From the NCBI GenBank assembly GCA_977017645.1, contig OZ360219.1, forward strand, positions 179,552,001-179,616,000: DNA of 64,000 nt. Direction: 5' to 3'. Both the position numbers and the translations under genes were made by a program. Numbering within the stretch: the stretch's first letter is position 1; every line of letters starts with the position of its first letter. This DNA comes from Torpedo marmorata. Taxonomy: Eukaryota. The notes beneath the pieces are model-generated. The model did not search any database and was not told the DNA's origin. It saw only the letters and a program-made list of their open reading frames with translations. Positions 1 to 11,790 of this stretch are shown here, piece by piece.

Positions 1-2716
1 ACTATAGTACTGCACTTGCTCTATTACCATTGTACTGTACTTGCTCTATTACTATAGTACTGCACTTGCTCTATTACTATAGTACTGCACTTGCTCTATT
101 TCTAAAGTACTGCACTTGCTCTTTTACTATAGTACTGCACTTGCTCTATTACTATAGTACTGTACTTGCTCTCTTACTATAGTACTGCACTTGCTCTATT
201 ACTATAGTACTGCATTTGCTCTATTACTATAGTACTGCACTTGCTCTATTACTATAGTACTGTACTTGCTCTCTTACTATAGTCCTGCACTTGCTCTATT
301 ACTATAGTACTGCACTTGCTCTATTACTATAGTACTGCACTTGCTCTATTACTATAGTACTGCACTTGCTCTATTACTATAGTACTGCACTTGCTCTATT
401 ACTATAGTACTGTACTTGCTCTATTACCATAGTACTGCACTTGCTCTTTTAGTATAGTACTGCACTTGCTCTATTACTATAGTACTGTACTTGCTCTCTT
501 ACTATAGTACTGCACTTGCTCTATTACTATAGTACTGCACTTGCTCTATTACTATAGTACTGTACTTGCTCTCTTACTATAGTACTGCACTTGCTCTTTT
601 ACTATAGTACTGCACTTGCTCTATTACTATAGTACTGTACTTGCTCTCTTACTATAGTACTACACTTGTTCTATTACTATAGTACTGCACTTGCTCTATT
701 ACCATTGTACTGTACTTGCTCTATTACTATAGTACTTCACTTGCTCTTTTACTATAGTACTGCACTTGCTCTATTACTATAGTACTGTACTTGCTCTTTT
801 ACTATAGTACTGCACTTGCTCTATTACTATAGTACTGCACTTGCTCTTTTACTATAGTACTGCACTTGCTCTATTACTATAGTACTGTACTTGCTCTATT
901 ACTATAGTACTGCACTTGCTCTATTACTATAGTACTGCATTTGCTCTATTACTATAGTACTGCACTTGCTCTATTACTATAGTACTGCACTTGCTCTATT
1001 ACTATAGTACTATACTTGCTCTCTTACTATAGTACTGCACTTGCTCTATTACTATAGTACTGCACTTGCTCTATTACTATAGTACTGCACTTGCTCTATT
1101 ACTATAGTACTGTATTTGCTCTCTTACTATAGTACTACACTTGCTCTATTACTATAGTACTGCACTTGCTCTATTACCATTGTACTGTACTTGCTCTATT
1201 ACTATAGTACTGCACTTGCTCTATTACTATAGTACTGTACTTGCTCTCTTACTATAGTACTGTACTTGCTCTATTACTATAGTACTGCACTTGCTCTCTT
1301 ACTATAGTACTGCACTTGCTCTCTTACTATAGTACTGCACTTGCTCTATTACTATAATACTGTACTTGCTCTATTACTATAGTACTGCACTTGCTCTATT
1401 ACTATAGTACTGCACTTGCTCTATTACTATAGTACTGCACTTGCTCTATTACCATAGTACTGCACTTGCTCTATTACTATAGTACTGTACTTGCTCTATT
1501 ACCATTTTACTGCACTTGCTCTATTACTATAGTGCTGTACTTGCTCTATTACCATAGTACTGTACTTGCTCTATTACTATAGTACTGCACTTGCTCTATT
1601 ACTATAGTACTGTACTTGCTCTATTACTATAGTACTGTACTTGCTCTATTACCATAGTACTGTACTTGCTCTATTACTATAGTACTGCACTTGCTCTATT
1701 AGCATAGTACTGCACTTGCTCTATTACTATAGTACTGTACTTGCTCTATTACCATAGTACTGTACTTGCTCTATTACTATAGTACTGCACTTGCTCTATT
1801 ACTATCATACTGTACTTGCTCTATTACTATAGTACTGCACTTGCTCTATTACTATAGTACTGCACTTGCTCTATTACTATAGTACTGTACTTGCTCTATT
1901 ACTATAGTACTGTACTTGCTCTATTACCATAGTACTGCACTTTCTCTATTACTATAGTACTGCACTTGCTCTATTACCATAGTACTGCACTTGCTCTATT
2001 ACTATAGTACTGCACTTGCTCTATTACTATAGTACTGCACTTGCTCTATTACCATAGTACTGCATTTGCTCTATTACTATAGTACTGCACTTGCTCTATT
2101 ACTATAGTACTGCACTTGCTCTCTTACTATAGTACTGCACTTGCTCTATTACTATAGTACTGCACTTGCTCTATTACTATAGTACTGTACTTGCTCTATT
2201 ACTATAGTACTGCACTTGCTCTATTACTATAGTACTGCACTTGCTCTATTACTATCGTACTGTACTTGCTCTATTACTATAGTACTGCACTTGCTCTATT
2301 ACTCTAGTACTGCACTTGCTCTATTACTATAGTACTGCACTTGCTCTATTACCATAGTACTGCACTTGCTCTATTACTATAGTACTGCACTTGCTCTATT
2401 ACCATAGTACTGCACTTGCTCTATTACTATAGTACTGCACTTGCTCTATTACTATAGTACTGCACTTGCTCTATTACCATAGTACTGCACTTGTTCTATT
2501 ACTATAGTACTGCACTTGCTCTATTACTATAGTACTGCACTTGCTCTATTACTATAGTACTGCACTTGCTCTATTACTATAGTACTGCACTTGCTCTATT
2601 ACTATAATACTGCACTTGCTCTCTTACTATAGTACTGCACTTGCTCTCTTACTATAGTACTGCACTTGCTCTATTACTATAGTACTGCACTTGCTCTATT
2701 ACTATAGTACTGTACT
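1..2716. repeat. 25-bp tandem satellite, consensus ACTATAGTACTGCACTTGCTCTATT, about 108 copies visible, runs off the window start
   Basis: Direct read of the unit; phase is kept at 1, 301, 601 ... 2701; variation is by substitution (actat/accat, tgcac/tgtac, ctatt/ctctt/ctttt). Confidence 0.98.
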
Positions 2717-4425
2717 GCCTTATACTTTTATGAACGACTGGGTGTTTAAGGTTAGCGATTTTTGCCAATTATCACCTTTAATCGGGGTTATTAACACAGT
2801 AATTAATGGGAGTGTGGTGGCTATGTGATACATATACGACGCATAAATACGAAGGTATTTGAAACTGAAAGTCATAGCCGCTGCACAAAGATGAAAACGA
2901 AAATGGGAACGTACCTTAGCTGAACAGTGAAAACACGCCTTCTCAGAAGTTTAAAAGCTTAACATTTCTTGCCATTATTGAATAGCTTGCTTTCTGCCTT
3001 ATCAAAATGCCAGAAAGCTTATAAAAAGTTGAATGGTGTATTTGGATTCCTTCATCAGTGACAGTCGTTTACACGTGAAGAGATTGTAAAGAGGTCATCA
3101 AATCTTATCAAATCATATCCAGAAGATCTGGTAGAATGTCTTGGTGAAGAATTTGTTCAGTTTGCTGAACTGCTTAAAACTGAACTTGCTTCTCATATTG
3201 GCGCCAAACAAGGTCTTGTAGAGTTATAGTTTTACCGTTTGATAACTGACAATTCTTTATCTTTGGAATCTTGTTTTCCAAATGTAAAAATTGCCTTGCG
3301 CATCTATATGTCACTCATGGTTACCAACTGCAGTGGAGAACTCTCACTTTCAAAACTGAACAGGATTAAAAATAAACTAAGGAGCACCATGGGTCAAAGC
3401 AGATTGAACAATCTCACTTTAATGATTATTGAACATGAACTTCTTCGTGAAATAGACATTTCCAGTATCATCAACAAATTTGCTCATGCTAAATCTAGAA
3501 AATGTAACTTTTAAATTGTAGTTTTGTTACTTTTGACATTTGAAATTGTCACCTACATGTAAGTAATACTATTAGTGTTATATAATGGCTGTTTGGGTTT
3601 GTGGGGGGGGATTGGTGGGAAATATGAAAGCTTAAAGAGGTGGTAGCGAAAATTATTATAACCTTTCATCAAGGATGCAATCACTGAATATATAGTGATC
3701 TGAGAAAGCTAGCATCATTTTGTTAATAATAAGTTCAATTGTTTTGAAGAGGTAATAAATGAGGTTGGCAAGGTTGGGTGAGTAAAAATGTTATAAATGT
3801 GGAAATAAAAATCATTGAGATTTCACACAAATGAATACGCAAAAAAATAGGAAAACACAAAAATAAGCATAATTTTTTAAGTCATTAGAAATTGGTAGAG
3901 TGGCCGGGAAAAGAGGTTTTCCACAAAATTTAATTGGATGAGTCGCGTTCTAATTATCTCTCTCTCCCCTCACTTGTTTCGAAGCAGCTAAAAATTACGC
4001 AATCCCCTAAGGGAAAACAATTTATCCGCCTGCTGCCTGATAAACTTAAAGCGCACGCGCACCTCCTCACTCCGCCATTCCGAAAAAAAACAATAGCACA
4101 CGGTTTGTTACGCTGCCATGTTTAGAATAGACCACGGCAGACTTTCTCCGAGTCACCAGAAAGCCGGAGGACCTATATCCTCAAGTCACCCACGTAAGCT
4201 TGTATCCATTCATAAAATGAGCAAGGCTGCATTTGCAATGATTTATCGCTTTGAGTTCATCTCTCTCCTCTGAATTTAGCTTCCCCTGGCATTTGGTGTC
4301 CTACTTGCCCCTTTCGTTCTCTCTTTTAAACCACTAGATGTTTTAATATTTATGTGTATTTTTTAAATTTAGGGCCCCTTTATAACATATGCTATAGATG
4401 CCAGCACTAGCTTAATCCGGCCCCA
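2717..4425 (+). mobile_element. 3' part of a decayed hAT DNA transposon with probable right TIR (TTAATCCGGCCCCA, 4412-4425)
   Basis: Transposase remnant at 2960-3514; terminal motif resembles the reverse complement of CAGGGCCGGATTAA-type hAT ends. Confidence 0.65.
2960..3514 (+). pseudogene. hAT (ZMYM1-like) transposase C-terminal dimerisation domain, with in-frame stops upstream
   Basis: FPNVKIALRIYMSLMVTNCSGELSLSKLNRIKNKLRSTMGQSRLNNLTLMIIE matches the hATC motif; upstream frame KAYKKLNGVFGFL...YPEDL...EFVQF is broken by stops. Confidence 0.88.
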
Positions 4426-4429
4426 AGCA

Positions 4430-4770
4430 TGCATATTAAAAGAACCATCCCACCTCCTTCAGTCTCTCTTCCTCCCCTTCCCATTGGGTGAAAGATACAT
4501 GAGTTTGAAAACACGCACGGCCAGTTTCAAGGACAGTTGCTCCTCTGCCATTATCTGACAATTGATTAGACTTCTCATAAGTAAAATAATGTCGCCTCGC
4601 ACTGTTTTAATTGAATATTTTACTCAGTGACACGATACACTACACTTTTGTTTTATTTTGCACTACTTGTTGTACACAATGATAGGTTGACTTGGCTGGA
4701 TAGCAGGCAAAACAATGTTTTTCACTGTATCTTGATGCACATGAAAATACTTCAATTCAATTCAAATTTG
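4430..4770 (+). mobile_element. Old Rex1/Babar-type LINE 3' remnant
   Basis: Degenerate version of the LP.G.RY.S.KTRT..FKDS C-terminus seen in better copies at 33107-33970 and 53984-54712. Confidence 0.6.
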
Positions 4771-5320
4771 TCAATTTGATAAATAATTCCTTTTCATGCA
4801 AATGCACTAAGCAGTCCAGTTTCCAGTTCAATTCCAGTCCAGAACAATTCTCTCTTCTTGAGTTCCTTTTTGCACTCCACCCAGGCAATACTGCATGCAA
4901 GTATTCAATTACCAAAAGCTGCTCCAACAAGCTTTCATCTCTGTGGAAAAATATAATGGAGATATGCACAGAACTTCTGACAATTTCAGGTGTGGAATAT
5001 ATGTTCAAATTTGAAGGGAACTCAGTTGAATCAGCCACTTTTCTATCATCCATTTATTAAAAGTAATTTAATAATTCTGACAAAGCAAAGTATCCTGCGG
5101 CAATCTTTCAAAAAATAGGATTAAATAAAATTACATGGAATTTTATCACACGGAAACAGCATTCAACCCAACAGATTCGTGCCAAATGACAATCCTCCCA
5201 TTTACTTCATTACTTCCTATAAACATAACATTTGATTTTGCTCTCTTATTGATGCTGCCCTTAAATGCATCTAGACTATTAACCAGAAATACTCTCTGAT
5301 TTAAAATTTCACCTAATTTA

Positions 5321-5560
5321 GGGTGGCACGTTTAGTGTAGCGGTTAGCGCAATGCTATTACAGTGCCAGCGAACTGGGTTTGAATCCGGCATTATCTGTA
5401 AGGAGTTTGTACATTCTCCCCATGTCAGTGTGGGTGCTCCGGTTTCCTTCCACCCTTCAAAATGTATGGGGGTTGTAGGTTGATTGGTGTATTTGGGGGG
5501 CACAGGCTCGTGGGCCAGAAGGGCCCGTTACCGTGCTGTATGTCTAATTTAAAAAAAAAT
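5321..5560 (+). mobile_element. HE1-type tRNA-derived V-SINE
   Basis: tRNA-like head (tagtgtagcggttagcgc ... ggtttgaatcc), V-domain (gtttgtacattctcccc ... gctccggtttcc), CR1-like tail (gggccagaagggcc ... gtgctgta), A-rich end. Confidence 0.85.
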
Positions 5561-5596
5561 CTAATTTAAAATTCCTTGATTGGATTTATATAAGGC

Positions 5597-5915
5597 CATA
5601 AGACATAGGAACAGAAATAGCCTATTCAGCCCATCGAGTCTGCTCTATCATTTAATCAAGAGCTGATCCATTTTCCGCTAAGCCCACTGCCCGGCCTTCT
5701 CCCCATAACCTTTAATGCCCCGGCTAATCAAGAACCTATCAATCTCTGCCTTAAATACACCCAATGACCTGGCCTCTATAACTGCCTGTGGCAACAAATT
5801 CCACAGATTTACCACCGTCTGGCTGAAGAAATTCCTACACATTTTTGTTCTAAGCAGATGCCCTTCAATCCTGAACTTGTCCTAGACTCTCCCACCATAG
5901 CAAACAACCTTTCTA
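5597..5915 (-). mobile_element. CR1 LINE 3' fragment
   Basis: Reverse complement of the CR1 ORF2 end and 3' UTR (aaattccacagatttaccacc, tctctgccttaaata, ccccataacc). Confidence 0.75.
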
Positions 5916-6077
5916 CAGATTATAGATTGCTATTTGATGGCAAATGTGCTATCCATCATTTCATAACCTCTTTTTGGTTATATCTCTGACTATATGAGGG
6001 ATGCAAGTCCTTGGTGTCAAAATAAAAGTTGAAATTCTCCAGATACTTAGTCAAGGGTGTTGTTCCTCTATGTTGTG

Positions 6078-6405
6078 ACCTCATATTCTGCCTGGGCAGC
6101 CAAATGATATGAACATAGAATTTTCTAATTTCAGTTCATGAGTCTCTCTTCTCCTGTATCCCTTCTGCACTTCCCCTACCGAGCCCCTTACCCATCCACA
6201 TCTCCCCTCGTCTTTGATTCCACCCTCTCCACCCCCATCTCCCCACTGGGTTCTTCTGCTCTCTCTCCACCCCCCTCCGCCTTTTCAATTGTATCTGGGT
6301 TTAGTCATTCTTTACCTCCCACTGATGCTGCTTGACCCACTGAGTTCTTCCCACAGATTGTGTTTAGTTTTGGATTCCAGCATCTGCAGTCTCCTGTGGG
6401 TTTCC
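6078..6405 (+). mobile_element. Old Penelope-like 3' remnant
   Basis: ctcatattctgcctgggcagc ... atgaacatagaattttctaatttc (LIF.LG...MNIEFSNF) plus pLTR-type tail gatgctgcttgacccactgagtt ... ccagcatctgcag. Confidence 0.6.
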
Positions 6406-7176
6406 TGTACCAATCTTTATTACTTGATTAATATTTGAAAAGGAAGATGATAAAAGGGTTTGGGAATGGGTAGGCAGCTCCAGATGAAGAGCAAGCATCG
6501 GAACAGCAATGATACTTTGACCTCCACTAGCAAAGTGTTCTCAGTCATCCAACAAGGCAAATTATTGCACTTGGGTATAAACTAGGTCTGTGGTTGGAAT
6601 GTGTGGAATAACACCTGTAAAACAGTCCATTCGAATTTCATTCTGTTCGCTAGAGGTGAGAGCATCTAATCATAGAAAATTATTATGAATGCAAAGGTCA
6701 GGATATTTTTTGACTTGGAGGCTTGCCTGCTCCGAAAATGACCAATTTGTTTTATGTATATGTGCTTTATGTATGCTATTTCCTCACAACTATGAGTTTT
6801 GTACCAAGTCTGAGGTCTTGATCTTCCAATACCCTTTTCCTCAATCTACCAAAGGCTGTGCCTGCCCAGTGAAGGGGCGGTGCATCTTGCCAAATGGTGT
6901 CTCAACATTGAGTAGGCCACACTGTTCGCATGCCTGACACCAGACTCTATTCCAAGTTCTGTCGTAGGTAGTGAAAAACACAAATGCTGGAGAATCTCAG
7001 CAGGTCAAACAGTCTTTTATGTAGCAAAGGTAGAAATACATAACCGACATTTCGGGCTTGTGCCCTTCATCAAAGTATGAGAAAATGCCGGCAGGCATCC
7101 AAACAAAAGAGTGAGGGGGGAAAGTTGGGGGGGGGGGTGGCAAAGGCTCCCTCCTTCCTCCTGCCTTTGCCACCCC

Positions 7177-7329
7177 TGTTGTATATGTAACGTATGACGT
7201 ATGACGTAATGACGTCATACGCACTATATAAAGGGTAACGCTGAATACCATTTTAGTTTAGTAATAAAGTATGAATGAAGACGGTCGTCTCGGTGTGTTA
7301 TTGTATGCTTACACCCGAAATACACAACA
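7177..7329 (+). repeat. 5' LTR of Gypsy 7177-10366
   Basis: TGTTGTA...TACACAACA; CRE TGACGTCA 7210-7217, TATATAAA 7225-7232, AATAAA 7263-7268. Confidence 0.97.
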
Positions 7330-7332
7330 GAT

Positions 7333-7350
7333 TGGCGACGAGGATGGGAT
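7333..7350 (+). promoter_or_regulatory. Primer binding site complementary to tRNA-Ser(GCU) 3' end
   Basis: TGGCGACGAGGATGGGAT, 18 nt, starting 4 nt after the LTR; complement of ...AUCCCAUCCUCGUCGCCA (tRNA sequence from recall). Confidence 0.85.
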
Positions 7351-7548
7351 GCCCTTTCTCGGTCCCCTTCGGCCTGGGGAGCTTTAGGTTGCATGTCTTG
7401 ACAAATGCCATACCTTCGTACAGTTTGCTCAATATCCATATCCAATAATAGTCCTGGCACCCCACAATAAACAACCTTCTTCAATAGTTATTTCATTCCT
7501 TCGGATATAGTAAGGTTTAAGGTCTGCCGAAATAGTGTCCCCTTCTGG

Positions 7549-10030
7549 ACTAGATGTAGGGTGCTACCTGGATGATATCATTATCACAGGACGAAACGAT
7601 ACAGAACATTTAACAAACCTGGAAAAAGTCCTAACACGACTACAACAAGCGAATGTCCGTCTGCGTCAAGACAAATGTGTATTTATGGTGCCCTCAGTAA
7701 CGTATTTAGGATTTACCATTAACAAGGAAGGCGTACAAATGAATGCAGCAGGTACTGAAGCCGTCAGAAAAGCACCTTGTCCAACCAGCAAAGCGGAGTT
7801 ACAATCGTTTTTGGGGTTAGTCAACCATTATCGAAAACACATTCCAGACATGTCTACTTGGTGCAACCCATTGAACCAGTTACTAAGAAAAGATCAAAAA
7901 TGGTACTGGAGTACAAAAGCAAATGATGCCTTTAACAAGTTAAAAAAACTATTAACTACGAGCAATAATATACTGGTCCACTACGATCCTAACAGAGAAG
8001 TAACCTTGGCGGTAGATGCCTCACCGGTGGGTCTAGGAGCAGTACTGTCACAAATAACAGAGAAAGGAGAACAACCAGTGGCGTATGCATCTCGATCCTT
8101 GACGGCTTGTGAACGCAATTATGCACAGTTAGAAAAGGAAGGACTAGCCATAATATTTGGAATCAAAAGATTCCACCAGTATTTATATGGAAGGAAATTC
8201 ACATTAGTAACGGACAACAAACCACTCAGTTTTATTTTGGGACCGAGAAAGGGCATTCCAGTATTGGCGGCAACCAGAATCCAGAGATGGGCAATAATGC
8301 TCGCCGCTTACGATTATGAGTTGAAACATAAACCAGCAACACAAAATGGACATGCCGATGCCTTGTCACGCTTACCTCTACCGGAAACGGGTCAAATGGA
8401 AGAGATAGTTCAATGGACATCAGAAGCCACAGCGATTAACCAAGAACAGCTTCGCCATCTGCCCATTACAGCCAAAATAATCAGTAAAGAAGTAAGAAAT
8501 GAACCCACACTGGCCAAGGTTTTGTATTTTACATTAAATGGATGGCCAGAAGGGGACACTATTTCGGCAGACCTTAAACCTTACTATATCCGAAGGAATG
8601 AAATAACTATTGAAGAAGGTTGTTTATTGTGGGGTGCCAGGACTATTATTCCCAGGAAATGGCAAAAGGACATATTGGCAGAACTTCATGATAACCATCC
8701 GGGAATAGTCCGCATGAAAGCGCTAGCCTGAATGCATGTTTGGTGGCCATCCATGGATATGGATATTGAGCAAACTGTACGAAGGTGTGGCATTTGTCAG
8801 GACATGCAACCTAAAGCTCCCCAGGCCGAAGCAAATCCATGGAAATGGCCGTCTCGACTATGGCACAGAATTCATGTAGATTTTGCAGGTCCATTTATGG
8901 GGGAGAATTTCTTGATTGTGGTTGACGCACACTCCAAATGGCCAGTGGTATCACAGATGCGTACAACAACAACCATCCAAACAATTGAAAGATTAAGAAC
9001 TATGTTTGCATCATATGGATTGCCAGTGGAATTGGTATCAGACAATGGTCCTCAGTTTACTTCGGATGTGTTTAAAATGTTCATGCGTAACAATGGTATA
9101 CGCCATGTACTTTCAGCACCGTACCACCCAAGTACTAATGGAGAAGCGGAGCGTTTTGTGCGAACATTTAAAAACGCAATGAAAGCAGGAAAATCGCTTA
9201 ACTTGTCGTGGAATCATAGAATAGCAAATTTCCTTGCAGGATATAGAAATACACCTCATTCAACAACTAAAAGAACGCCAGCAGAATTAATGTTTGGTCG
9301 AAATATTCGAACGTGGCTATCCGCAGTGCATCCGGATATCAGCGGTCGTATTGAACACGACACCTCACCAACTAAACCAACCCGATCTCTGGAAGTGGGT
9401 GAAAGAGTGTTGGCAAGAGATTACAGGAATAATAAGGAAACATGGATAAGAGGTGTTATCATTAAGAAGCTAAGCCCTTGCTCATATGCAATACAAGTAG
9501 AGAATAACATATGGAAACGACATATTGACCAACTGAGAGCAGTTGAAGATCCAATAATGACATTTCCCACAGATGAGCCGAAGAATTTGCCATTTTGGGT
9601 TAATGACGATGATGCTGATCTAGAAAGACAGACTAATGACGATGATGCTGATCTAGAAAGACAGACTCCAGATTCCAGTTTCCACTTTGAAGAAGATATT
9701 ACGGCAGAAAAGGCAAAGAGCCCAGAAAAGACAAAGAGTCCAGAAAAGGCAAAGAGTCCAGAAAAGGCAAAGAGTCCAGAAAAGACAAAGAGTCCAGAAA
9801 AGGCAAAGAGCCCAGAAAAGACAAAGAGTCCAGAAAAGGCAAAGAGTCCAGAAAAGGCAAAGAGTCCAGAAAAGACGAAGAGTCCAGAAAAGACGAAGAG
9901 TCCAGAAAAGACCAAGAGTCCAGAAAAGACAAAGAGTCCATTGGTTCCGACGGCTGTAGGGGATCCACCCCTAAGAAGATCACACCGTCAACGACGTCCG
10001 CCGGAACATTTGAGAGACTATGTACCCTGA
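7549..10030 (+). pseudogene. pol: Gypsy pol remnant (RT from CYLDD onward, RNaseH, integrase, repetitive C-terminal tail); single in-frame TGA at 8729-8731
   Basis: YLDD; DASPVGLGAVL and YAQLEKEGL; HPGIVRMK...CGIC; HVDFAGP...SDNGPQF...YHPSTNGEAER. ORFs 7535-8731 and 8732-10030 are contiguous in one frame (likely CGA>TGA). Confidence 0.95.
9707..9940 (+). repeat. 13 x 18-bp coding tandem repeat, EK(A/T)KSP, in the integrase tail
   Basis: Unit gaaaag(g/a)caaagagtcca; units 1-5 recur as 6-10 (AGC codon variant in units 1 and 6). Confidence 0.97.
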
Positions 10031-10213
10031 ATGATTTTTCACTATAGTGATTATCAGTATTATACGAACAGTTAGTAGTGGTAGTTTTACTTGCATGATT
10101 TTGTTTGTAGTTGTAGTTTCCCCGCTATATTCCAGTAGTTACAGTAGTTTACAAGTGATCGGGGAATATATAATCGTATAATAACAACCTATATTATGTG
10201 GGGGGGGGAAGAG

Positions 10214-10366
10214 TGTTGTATATGTAACGTATGACGTATGACGTAATGACGTCATACGCACTATATAAAGGGTAACGCTGAATACCATTTTAGTTTAGTA
10301 ATAAAGTATGAATGAAGACGGTCGTCTCGGTGTGTTATTGTATGCTTACACCCGAAATACACAACA
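10214..10366 (+). repeat. 3' LTR of Gypsy 7177-10366, preceded by a polypurine tract (about 10200-10213)
   Basis: Matches 7177-7329; PPT is a G-run plus AAGAG. Confidence 0.97.
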
Positions 10367-10869
10367 ACCCCCCTTCCCCCCCCCCTCACTCTTTTGTTCG
10401 GACGCCTGCCGGCATTTTCTCATACTTTGATGAAGGGCTCAAGCCCGAAACGTCAGTTATGTATTTCTACCTTTGCTACATAAAAGACACTGTTTGACCT
10501 GCTGAGTTTCTCCAGCATTTGTGTTTTTTACTTCAACCACGGTGTCTACAGATTTTCGTGATTTACTTCTGTCGTAGGTTGAGATTGCCAGGCATACGGC
10601 ATATGTGCTCAAAGCCTTCTTGAACCTCTGGTCAAAGTTGGCCCAAATAGATAAAAAGCACACAGGATTGGGTTTGGAAACTGGAAGCCATGCGTAATGA
10701 GCACACTGGAGACCTACACAAACAGCAGAAGGAGGGTATCACCTCACAACATTAACTACCCACCCACCAGCCTCATCTGAGGAAGAATCTGCAGTGCAAT
10801 ATTTAGCCCCAGAACCTAAAAGCCAGAGACAAAGTAAGTTACCCTCAATTCTAAGGGACTGCCAAAAAG

Positions 10870-11214
10870 GAGGAATAAGGAGATTTTCCCACAGTCTACC
10901 TACCACCCTGCACACAGCATCTTCCAGCTACTCCTGTCGGGAAAGAGATACAGGAGGATCAGAGCCAGAACCACCAGGCTGAGAAGCAGCTTCTTTCCAC
11001 GGGCAGAGAGACTGCTGAACGACTGAAGAACTGCTCATACAAACCCTCCATGACTCTGCTATTTATTTACCAATAAGATTTATTTATTTAATATTTGTAT
11101 ATACATACTGTGCATATGTATCGTTTGTCTGTATGTGTGTTATGTCTGTATGTGTTTTTGCAGTGTTTTACACCGAGAACCAGACAATGCTGTTTTATCG
11201 GGTTGTACATGTAC
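10870..11214 (+). mobile_element. Rex1/Babar LINE 3' end; its tail resumes at about 18099-18135 after the BEL insertion
   Basis: HSIFQLLLSGKRYRRIRARTTRLRSSFFPRAERLLN; 3' UTR matches 49940-50160. Confidence 0.8.
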
Positions 11215-11790
11215 TGTAGTGACTTCAATCCAACAAATAGTCACTTGGAGGCCAGGTGAGATATTTGTTCTTGACACGTTTCAATTAATTTACTAACAAG
11301 TCCAATAGGTTCAAAAAACTATATTTACACACGATGACTTGTAGCAATCTTCAATGACTTAAATATCTTCTTTAAACGAAATTTAAACAATTCTTGATAA
11401 CGATGTTTAATAAATTCCTTTAAACGATTCCTTTAACATTCACTTAAACATCCTTTAAATGGTTCCTTTAAACGTCTTTAAATGGTCGATGAAAGATATA
11501 ACCATCTCACTCACCCTCCTCTGTTGCCATATTCTAATACAACCTCTCCTCCCCCCGACTCGCGCATGCTCTAACTCGCATGCTCCACCGCGCATACTAC
11601 ACCGCGCATACTTCACCGCGCATACTGCCGTCTCTTCCCAACTGCGCATGCTCCAGCCACTTCCAACTGCGCATGCGCCCGTCAGCACTCCCGCGCATGC
11701 GCAGAGCACTAAATAGGCCCAGCACGGCCTCCTCCGAAACCCGCTGAGACCATCGGAGCGCCGCGATTAAGGTAAGTAACCAAGCTTACA
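11215..11790 (-). repeat. 3' LTR of BEL element
   Basis: TGTAGTGAC...AAGCTTACA; adjacent minus-strand PPT-like TAGGGGCTGC; homologous to 16416-16436 plus 17508-18093. Confidence 0.93.

Larger units (their letters stand above)
7177..10366 (+). mobile_element. Young, internally deleted Ty3/Gypsy (Mag-like) LTR retrotransposon
   Basis: 153-bp TG...CA LTRs, identical by eye; 5-bp TSD ACCCC (7172-7176, 10367-10371); PBS; PPT; RT C-half, RNaseH and integrase present; gag/PR absent. Confidence 0.96.
6970..10566 (+). mobile_element. Short Penelope insertion (inverted pLTR 6970-7148 plus direct pLTR 7157-7176/10367-10566), split by a Gypsy element
   Basis: Both halves match pLTR 17281-17495; flanked by duplicated TTCTGTCGTAGGT (6957-6969 and 10567-10579). 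Confidence 0.9.

Noticed and set aside
1-2716. CRISPR-like array
   Set aside because: Units are head-to-tail with no unique spacers, there are no cas genes, and the context is eukaryotic.
4757-5060. Host exon or SCAN-like peptide (ESLLEQLLVIEYLHAVLP); AG...GT-bounded 28 nt at 4913-4940 on the minus strand
   Set aside because: Similarity is too short, the length is not a multiple of three, and no partner exons were identified.
8729-8734. Programmed stop-codon readthrough or a separate integrase gene
   Set aside because: The TGA falls within the integrase zinc-finger region where Arg is expected (KALAR); CpG decay explains it.
9687-9983. Neurofilament (NEFH) gene, and the alternative-frame ORFs (QKRQRV, FSGLFA, LDSLPF repeats)
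   Set aside because: The KSP array lies inside an integrase ORF between LTRs with no filament rod domain; the other frames are shadows of a stop-free 18-bp repeat.
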